Below, one piece after another: positions 57,655-64,000 of a DNA stretch of 64,000 nucleotides. Source of the DNA: Dehalococcoidia bacterium (lineage in GTDB: Bacteria > Chloroflexota > Dehalococcoidia > Lucifugimonadales > UBA3495); NCBI GenBank assembly GCA_965226875.1, contig OZ245439.1:711081-775080 (forward strand). Reading direction: 5' to 3'. The notes beneath the pieces are model-generated. The model saw nothing but the letters and a program-made list of their open reading frames with translations, was not told the DNA's origin and searched no databases. Position numbers and translations under genes: made by a program. The first letter of the stretch is position 1; each line of letters begins with the position of its first letter.

Positions 57655-58790
57655 CGTTGCCCTGATTCAAGCTTCATGTGTTCGATGTAAAGTCGATGAA
57701 GAGCGGCACGAGCGAGTTGGGCGTCCCCCCCCCCTGCCTCCATGATTCCTCGAAGCCTGTCAGCAGCGGCGCGCACAATCCCACCAGGATCAATACTGTC
57801 GAGGTCGTCGTCGGTGGGTTCTGGAAACAGCTGCCCTCGGTCGATCCGAAGATGATAGAGCGCTGCCGCCGCCCCCTCGACGATCAGTTCCTCGAAGTGC
57901 AGCAGGTCAGCCAGTGAGAGCGCTCCTGAAAGTTTCAGATCGACCAGTGTGTGGGTGAGGTCGCCGTTCAGGTTCCGCAATTTGTGTTCAAGTAGATCTA
58001 CGTCTTCCAGGTTCTCCACGCGCTCATCGATCGATTCCCAGCGGTACTGACCTGTCGAGAGCGGAGTGACCTGGGGCAACTCCTTCGGACTGTCGATTTC
58101 TACCAGCAGGGCTGTGCCTCTACCGCGCGTCTGAAACGAGTCCGTCTCGGGCGTGCCGCTGTACCAGCAGCGCTCGTTTACCTGAAGCTCTCCGTGCCAA
58201 TCGCCTAGCGCCAGGTAGTCAAGTCGAGCGAGCTGCGGCCGCGTGGGGTCGATCGGGTTGGCTCTCTGTTCCTCATTTGTGTCGAAGCCATAGACGGCGC
58301 CATGAGCCAGGCCGATACGGATCAAGTGGGCTTCGTTAACCTGATCGTCCATCCAGGCGGTCGGGTCATTGAGCGTACGACGATGTTGGAGAGGAGCCGG
58401 AAGCAGGACGGCGGCATCTTGCTCGATGACGGTGGCGGCAGATTCGGTATGCGCGTGAATGTTGTCAGGCAGGCCACGTTTTCGAAGCTGGTCCCACAGT
58501 CCATTGGGTTGGTACGGATCATGGTTTCCCGGCAACAGATGCCACTGTACGGAGGTGTAAGCACGCATTCGCTCGACGACCTGGTTGCGCGTGTGGGGAG
58601 AGGGAGTTGCATGGTCATAGATATCGCCCGCCACCAGTACATGGCTCACGTCGTGCTCGTAGGCGAGATTTCCGATGCGCGTGATCGCATCCAGCCTCGC
58701 CAGTTGGAGCCCGCCCATCGCGGTATCATCGACGAAGCGAAACACCTTGCCGATCTGCCAGTCGGCAGTATGGATGAAGCGGAATGGCAT
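57651..58790 (-). CDS. SbcD/Mre11-like metallophosphoesterase
   Basis: 379 aa; FIHTADWQIG, VLVAGDIYD, LPGNHD, GLAHG. 4-nt overlap with the ATPase gene. Confidence 0.8.
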   Translation of the reverse strand: MPFRFIHTADWQIGKVFRFVDDTAMGGLQLARLDAITRIGNLAYEHDVSHVLVAGDIYDHATPSPHTRNQVVERMRAYTSVQWHLLPGNHDPYQPNGLWDQLRKRGLPDNIHAHTESAATVIEQDAAVLLPAPLQHRRTLNDPTAWMDDQVNEAHLIRIGLAHGAVYGFDTNEEQRANPIDPTRPQLARLDYLALGDWHGELQVNERCWYSGTPETDSFQTRGRGTALLVEIDSPKELPQVTPLSTGQYRWESIDERVENLEDVDLLEHKLRNLNGDLTHTLVDLKLSGALSLADLLHFEELIVEGAAAALYHLRIDRGQLFPEPTDDDLDSIDPGGIVRAAADRLRGIMEAGGGDAQLARAALHRLYIEHMKLESGQR

Positions 58791-59043
58791 TGCCTAAACG
58801 GTTCCCCTTAATGTACGCAGTGACTGCCTCGATTTTATGGAACATATGTCACAAATGCAAGATATAGCATCCTAACTGATAGGTGTCCGACAATGTGCGA
58901 GGGAAGTGCAAACCCTTATTTCAACCAATAAACAAATCTCTAGGGGCGAAACGCCCGCTCTTGCATCAAGCCGGATTAGGTGGTTGAGCAAAACCTAAGC
59001 AATCGCTTATGCGCCTCCGTCACGCACGGGGGAGCCGTTTCTA

Positions 59044-59203
59044 GGTTCTGTTGACATTTGCATTTGTAACCGATGTGCAGGCCCATTTCATGTCATTCCA
59101 AGTGCAGGAAAGCACTAATGGCCTTGAATCGGAGTGATAAGTCCAGGATTCTTCGTCGCCATTTCCCCGGAATGACCCGCAACAGCGAAATGTCAACAGG
59201 ACC
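59044..59203. mobile_element. 160-bp MITE derived from IS5-family element type b, copy 2
   Basis: Same TIRs as 42869-43028; TA flanks within an original CTAG that contained the stop codon of the adjacent gene. Confidence 0.85.
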
Positions 59204-60063
59204 TAGCAAAGTAACAACGTCGTGAAATATCCGTACCCATACCCCGCTAAGTAACCCTCATGGACCCCGATGGCTGCCTTGGAAAATGTCGAATCCAACA
59301 TTGCTCTCTTGTGTAGGGGGCTGTCCAGCCAAGTGTTGACCGCCGCCTGAGGGCTCTGATGTCCCCGAGACCCGAAGTATAGATTCTCAGCAACTCCTTG
59401 CCACTTGAGGTTCGGACAATCGTAACCCGCTGCAATGGCTCGTTGCCGGTAGTCCAAGCCTGACCTGTTCGTATGGTCAAAGTAACCTCTGTCTGACATG
59501 TCTCGACTGTGCGCCCGCGCTATGGCTTGCAATTTGGGATCCCAAGTCATTTCGCGGATCCCGCGCTGGTTGCGTTCCTGGTTGATGAGAGAGACGATTG
59601 CCCGCTCGTGCTGTTCCTGTTTCTTGTCCTCGTTGGCAACCCGTGTTTGGCTCTCCATTTCCTGAATGGTCACCCGGGTTTGCCTCTCAATTCCCTCGTT
59701 AGCCGTCCGGGTTTGCTTCTCAATTCCCTCGTTGGCCACCCGCGTTTGCCTCTCAATTCCCTCGTTAGCCGTCCGGGTTTGCTTCTCAATTCCCTCTTTG
59801 GCCACCCGCGTTTGAGCTCGCTCCTCTTGGCGTTGAGATTGCTCCTTGGCATTTCCCACCACGAAGGTTTTCACCGCCTCAACTTGAGTATCGAAGCGCA
59901 GGCCTGCGAACACCGCCAGACATGCCAGTGAGCCAATGAGCACCACCACAAAGCCGATCCGCCAAGGTCTTTGCCTTCTACGGACAGCGTTGTAGTGATT
60001 CCCACCTTTTGGTTGCCTGTGATGAGTATGGAAAGACCAGTTATGGAAGTGGCTGTAGGGCAT
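59203..60063 (-). CDS. CAP/SCP (YkwD-like) domain protein with N-terminal TM segment and 11-aa tandem repeats
   Basis: 286 aa; C-terminal ...ARAHSRDMSDRGYFDHTNRSG...VAENLYFG...WLDSPLHKRAMLD is the CAP-domain pattern. Confidence 0.75.
   Translation of the reverse strand: MPYSHFHNWSFHTHHRQPKGGNHYNAVRRRQRPWRIGFVVVLIGSLACLAVFAGLRFDTQVEAVKTFVVGNAKEQSQRQEERAQTRVAKEGIEKQTRTANEGIERQTRVANEGIEKQTRTANEGIERQTRVTIQEMESQTRVANEDKKQEQHERAIVSLINQERNQRGIREMTWDPKLQAIARAHSRDMSDRGYFDHTNRSGLDYRQRAIAAGYDCPNLKWQGVAENLYFGSRGHQSPQAAVNTWLDSPLHKRAMLDSTFSKAAIGVHEGYLAGYGYGYFTTLLLC
59671..59812 (-). repeat. In-frame 33-bp tandem repeats (about 4.3 units) inside the CAP-domain gene
   Basis: Encodes (ANEGIE[KR]QTR[TV])n; alternating 66-bp higher-order units. 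Confidence 0.85.
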
Positions 60064-60110
60064 GATTCCTCGACCAGTCGCTGGGTCGTCTATGGTTCTA
60101 AGCCATGCTG

Positions 60111-60593
60111 TCAGCTACCGACTCGCCCAAAAGTGGCCCAGGTACCGATCTCGAAACGTGCGCAAAAATCTCGTTTGCCAAGAATCAAAAAGGCCGGAGC
60201 ACCAACTCTCGCCCTGGCCACTCTTCGCACGACCCATATGGCCACGTTGTTGTCGGCAAGGTCCTCGTCGACCAGCTCCAGGCAGTCGTCGCAACCGGCA
60301 ACGGCCTCCAGCTCATCGGTCCAGAGCGCGCGGACAGGCTCTGCCCTGCAGAGGGGGACTTCCCCGGGGCCGTAGTGGACGGCGTGCCCCATCTTGGCGT
60401 CCATCTTCCTGAGGGCGGCTTTCAGCCGTTCCGCCTGCTCCCCGGAGAGGGGCTCGTCCTCCGTCATGGCGGCGGCGTAGGCCCGGTGGGCGGGGACCAC
60501 CAGCAACCACGTCCCGTCGGGGGTCATGGTCCAGAGCGCCACGGCCGTGCCTCCTCTTGTTCCGTCCCTCCCAGGATACAGGGCAGCCGCCAT
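60111..60593 (-). CDS. Hypothetical protein
   Basis: ORF only; no family recognised. Confidence 0.3.
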   Translation of the reverse strand: MAAALYPGRDGTRGGTAVALWTMTPDGTWLLVVPAHRAYAAAMTEDEPLSGEQAERLKAALRKMDAKMGHAVHYGPGEVPLCRAEPVRALWTDELEAVAGCDDCLELVDEDLADNNVAIWVVRRVARARVGAPAFLILGKRDFCARFEIGTWATFGRVGS

Positions 60594-60638
60594 GCCCTGC
60601 TGCTGTGCGCCGGTCCGTCAACGCCCAGGGGAGGGCAT

Positions 60639-61038
60639 TCACCGGCCCGTGGGAGGGCTGTCATTATTCAGGAGATCAAAGTCCTTCCGGACGTTGAAAT
60701 CTACTTCTCCAGGCAGGATGAGACGCTGGCGACAGGCCGGAGGGCGAAGCGCCACGTCGGGGAGCTGGTCCTCAATGGAAAATGCCTGAGGGTCAGAGTT
60801 GGCGACGACTCCAGCGTCCCGCAGCCTGTGCTGCTCCTTTGGCCGAGTGCTTTCGAGTTGAACGTCGACGATGGGGTTGCCGAGATAATCGACGCAAGTA
60901 GGCGTGTTGTCGCACGCGTGGGGGATGAGGCCGAACATGAACTTCGGCGGGCCGAACATGAACCGTGTTGTCGCACGCGTGGGGGATGAGGTCCAGTTCA
61001 GCGCCTTTAACGTCACCTACAATCAGGCACTTGAGCAT
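60639..61038 (-). pseudogene. Small hypothetical gene frameshifted by a local duplication
   Basis: A 28-bp direct repeat (60903-30, 60964-91) 61 bp apart duplicates the peptide LIPHACDNT in two frames. Collapsing it joins ORF 60793-61038 to ORF 60639-61016. Confidence 0.5.
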
Positions 61039-61121
61039 GGAGGATTGGAGGAAATAACGCCTGCTTGCTTCGGACCCTATTGGGCAGTGGGTGAGGAGTT
61101 CAGATCTGTCGAGACTCCTTA

Positions 61122-61930
61122 GGTTGTGTTGACATTTCAGCGCAACCAGATGAGAGCGGCGGTGAAATGCAGAAAGCCCAGGTATCTGGTGTCCAGTTTC
61201 TCAAACCGGGAGAATATCCGGCGATAGTGTTTTATCTTGTTGATGAAGCATTCGACCAGATGGCGCTCCCGGTACAGATGCCGGTCATAGCCGGCGGGTT
61301 CCTTCCGGTTTGAGCGGGGCGGAATGACCGCAGTCATGCCCAGGGCCAGGATGTGCTCGCGAAACTCCTGGGAGTCATATCCTTTATCAGCCAGCACCTG
61401 CTCTCCAGCGTAACCGGCGATCAATTCCTCTGCCTGGGTGATGTCGTGCCGTTGCCCTCCGGTCAGGATGAATCGCAAGGGGTTGCCCAAGCCGTCCACG
61501 CTCACGTGGATCTTGGTGCTGAACCCGCCCCGGCTGCGGCCCAGAGCCTGGCAAGCCTGTCCCCCGTTTTTGGGGGCGCCCCCGCCGCGCATGGGTGCGC
61601 CCGAACCACCGTGCTGTCAATGATCAGGTATTCCAGGTCCGGGTCGCCGGAGAAATGTTGAAGCATCTGTTCCCAGACGCCTTTGTCAGCCCAACGGGCG
61701 AATCGTTTATAGACACTGTTCCAATTCCCGTATTCGGCCGGAAGCAGCCGCCATTGGGCGCCGGAGCGGTTAATCCACAGCACGGCCTCGACAAATCGCT
61801 GGCAATCTTCTTCCTGAGCGACATACAGGCCGGCGCAGCCACGCAGGAAATCGAGAATCCTGTCCCATTGTTCTGCTGGCAACTTAACATTTGACATACA
61901 AGCATCATAACCAAAATGTCAACACAACCT
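61122..61930 (-). mobile_element. IS5-family (IS427-like) element type b (809 bp)
   Basis: TIRs GGTTGTGTTGACATTT / AAATGTCAACACAACC; TA flanks (61120-21, 61931-32). Confidence 0.9.
61137..61897 (-). CDS. IS5-family transposase, two frames joined by -1 frameshift at C CCA AAA (about 61567-61575)
   Basis: ORF1 ...AQWRLLPAEYGNWNSVYKRF...IIDSTVVRAHPCAAGAPPK. ORF2 ...KNGGQACQALGRSRGGFSTKIH...ADKGYDS...RHLVECFINKIK. Confidence 0.85.
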
Positions 61931-62113
61931 AGTCAAAAGGAAAGGCTCACTGGGGCGCAACCCGGTGTGCCTCACAGAGAAGGATGAGAACGCGAATGCC
62001 GCCGCCACCCTTGTAGATCAGCGGAGCTGGGGTGACCCGTACTATCGACCTCGGTCTGATGAGGAGCAGGGCCTTCTCACTGGGGCCGCCGGTCGAGAAG
62101 GCTGCCCCAAGGG

Positions 62114-63715
62114 CTAGCCAACGCCATTGGTGCCCCTCCGCAACACCCTCCCAGGCAGAGCCCCAGTGTGCTCTGCTTCATCAATGACCACCTCCCCGTT
62201 CACCACCACCGTCGAGATGCCCGTGGCGTATTGGTGGGGGTCGTCATAGGTCGCTACCTCCGCTACGGTGTCCGGGTCGAAGACCGTGACGTCGGCCCAG
62301 TTGCCCTCTTTCAGGGTGCCACGATCCACCAACCGCAGGGCCGCCGCCGACCCACCAGTCATCTTGTGGACGGCGGTGTGCAGAGGCATCAGGCCCAGGT
62401 CACGGACGTAGTGGCCGAGGACTCGGACGAAGGTGCCGTAGAAGCGGGGGTGCGGCTTCCCCTGGGCGGTGATACCGTAGGGCGCCAATGAGTTACCGTC
62501 GGAGCCCACCAGGACCATGGGCGAGCGCAGGATTTCCTGCACGTCCTCTTCCGCCATCGAGGTAACCACGATGCGGGTATGCCCCTTGTCGGCCAAGAGG
62601 ATGTCGCAGGCGGCGTCCAACTGATCGATGCCCCTGGCCTGGGCCACTTGGCCCACCGTCTGGCCTGCCAGCTCGGGCATCTCGGGGCTGATGGCGATGC
62701 GAACGGCGTGCCATGAATCCACTCACCCGAAATTGTTGAGGCCATCCTGCAGGATCTCACCCCGCATGCGCTCCCTGACTTCGCCGTCCCGCAGTCGCTG
62801 GAGCATGGGCTCCACCCCTCCCTCCTGCACCCAGACGGGGAGCAGGTTGCGCAGAGGGTTGGTGCCTGCAGTGTAAGGATATTGATCGCAGAACAGGTCG
62901 ATGCCCCGTTCCCTCGCCTCGCTGATTATCGACAGCAGCGACGGCACGTCGCCCCAGTTGTCCGTGCCCGAGAGCTTCAGGTGGGCGATCTGCACTCGCA
63001 CTCCGGCATTCTCGCCGATGCCAATGGCCTCGTGTACTGCCTCGAACACATGGTTGGCCTCGTCGCGGATGTGCGAGGCATAGGTGGCGCCGTGCTGGCG
63101 CAAGACATCTGCCAAGGCCAGCAACTCCTCGCTCCGGGCATAGTTGCCCGGCGCAGTGAACAGCCCGGTGGACATGCCCAGGGCGCCCGCTTCCAGGCCC
63201 TCGGCCAGGAGTTGCTGCATATGTGAGAGATCGCTGGCGGTGGGGTCCCGCGCCTCAAGGCCCATGGTCATTAGACGCAGGGTCGCGTGGCCCACCTGCA
63301 TCACCGTGTTCACCGAGGTGGCTGGGAAGCCGTCCAGGTACTCGGCAAAGGTGCGCGGCTCGTAGTCCAGCCAAGGAGCCCCGGCCCTCAGGTAGTCCTG
63401 AAGGTCCTGGGCCTTGCCAGGCAACACAGGCGCAGTGGAGTAGCCGCAGTTGCCCACCACCTCCGTGGTGACCCTCTGGCGCACCTTGCTCTCGGCCAGT
63501 GGATTCAGAGGGAGGGTGAAGTCGGAGTGGGTGTGGATGTCGATGAAACCCGGAGCGACGATCTGTCCCGAGGCATAGATCTCCCGTTGCGCCTCCAGGT
63601 CTTCGCAGTCTCCCACAGCAGTGATGCGTCCATTTCTAATAGCAACGTCCGCCCGCCGCGCCGGTGTCCCATTCCCGTCAATCACCTGTCCACCACGGAT
63701 CGATAGGTCTTCCAT
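62114..63715 (-). pseudogene. N-acyl-D-amino-acid deacylase (D-aminoacylase) with one in-frame TGA
   Basis: ...FIDIHTHSD...; ...GLNNFG-TGA(62722-62720)-VDSWHAVRIAISP... Both halves are colinear with the family. The TGA sits where I recall an Arg codon, consistent with CGA to TGA. Confidence 0.75.
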
Positions 63716-63792
63716 CCGTTGCTCCTCGATATCGGGTCCGATGGCCAGTGAGTCTACCGCCAGCTACGAGCCGGCTAATAGCTCCTGGACTA

Positions 63793-63838
63793 GTAGACCA
63801 CCATCATTGAAACGATGGCTGGTAAAATGTGAGAGGAT
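63793..63838 (+). mobile_element. IS630-A copy 4, first 46 bp only (interrupted by IS21)
   Basis: GTAGACCACCATCATTGAAACGATGGCTGGTAAAATGTGAGAGGAT preceded by TA, then the IS21 end. Confidence 0.8.
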
Positions 63839-64000
63839 TGTTCAGCGTCAACTACTTTTGCCGGTTCCGTCAATTATTCTTGCCGGTTCACCCCCTGTTT
63901 CTGACTGCGCTGCTGGGCCACTCCGGTGCGGTAGCTGGGGACGTCGAATTCCAGGATGACCGAGTGGTGGACCACCCGGTCGATGGCCGCAGCCGTGGCC
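63839..64000 (-). mobile_element. IS21-family element (second type), copy 2, right end; continues off-window
   Basis: Reverse complement of 49352-49513, identical. Confidence 0.9.

Noticed and set aside
54958-58790. Calling the SbcCD-like pair a named defence system (for example Lamassu-like or Gabija-like).
   Set aside because: Only two genes with generic Mre11/Rad50 features are present. No additional system-specific component is visible and no profile search was possible.

Overview
GC-rich (about 60%) bacterial chromosomal window dominated by mobile DNA. By eye I find at least 20 IS copies or fragments. Families present: IS21 (two types), IS110, IS607 (two types, serine-recombinase TnpA plus TnpB), an IS701/IS4-like element, IS1380, IS630 (three types), IS5/IS427-like (two types), IS5/IS1182-like, and a TnpB-only element. 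There are also at least five families of miniature non-autonomous derivatives, a 93-bp tandem hairpin-repeat array and many frameshifted or nonsense-interrupted genes. Small accessory modules sit between them: BrnT/BrnA, HigB with a HigA-ImmA/IrrE fusion, MazEF, two retropepsin-like small-gene loci, a resolvase with a res-like site, and a catalytic-domain-only tyrosine recombinase beside a perfect palindrome. Other genes include a histidine-decarboxylase-ACT fusion, tandem thymidylate-kinase-like paralogs, an SbcCD-like pair, Tex, MFS transporters and a D-aminoacylase pseudogene. The observations I rate highest: (1) an unclassified ~150-bp TA-flanked terminal-inverted-repeat element family (called R155 here). 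Its termini are serial insertion targets for IS630-type elements, and one larger copy carries mazEF as cargo. (2) A BCP-type peroxiredoxin with an in-frame TGA at the peroxidatic-Cys position, followed by a SECIS-like hairpin. (3) IS607-type TnpB proteins with degenerate zinc fingers and no canonical start codon near their conserved N-terminus; the reading frame stays open across tnpA. (4) A TnpB-like gene lacking both the zinc ribbon and the third RuvC aspartate. (5) An IS110 element sitting in the 93-bp hairpin array. No rRNA, tRNA or CRISPR array was recognised. All calls come from reading the sequence and ORF translations; IS end coordinates are accurate to a few bp at best, and no database search was possible.
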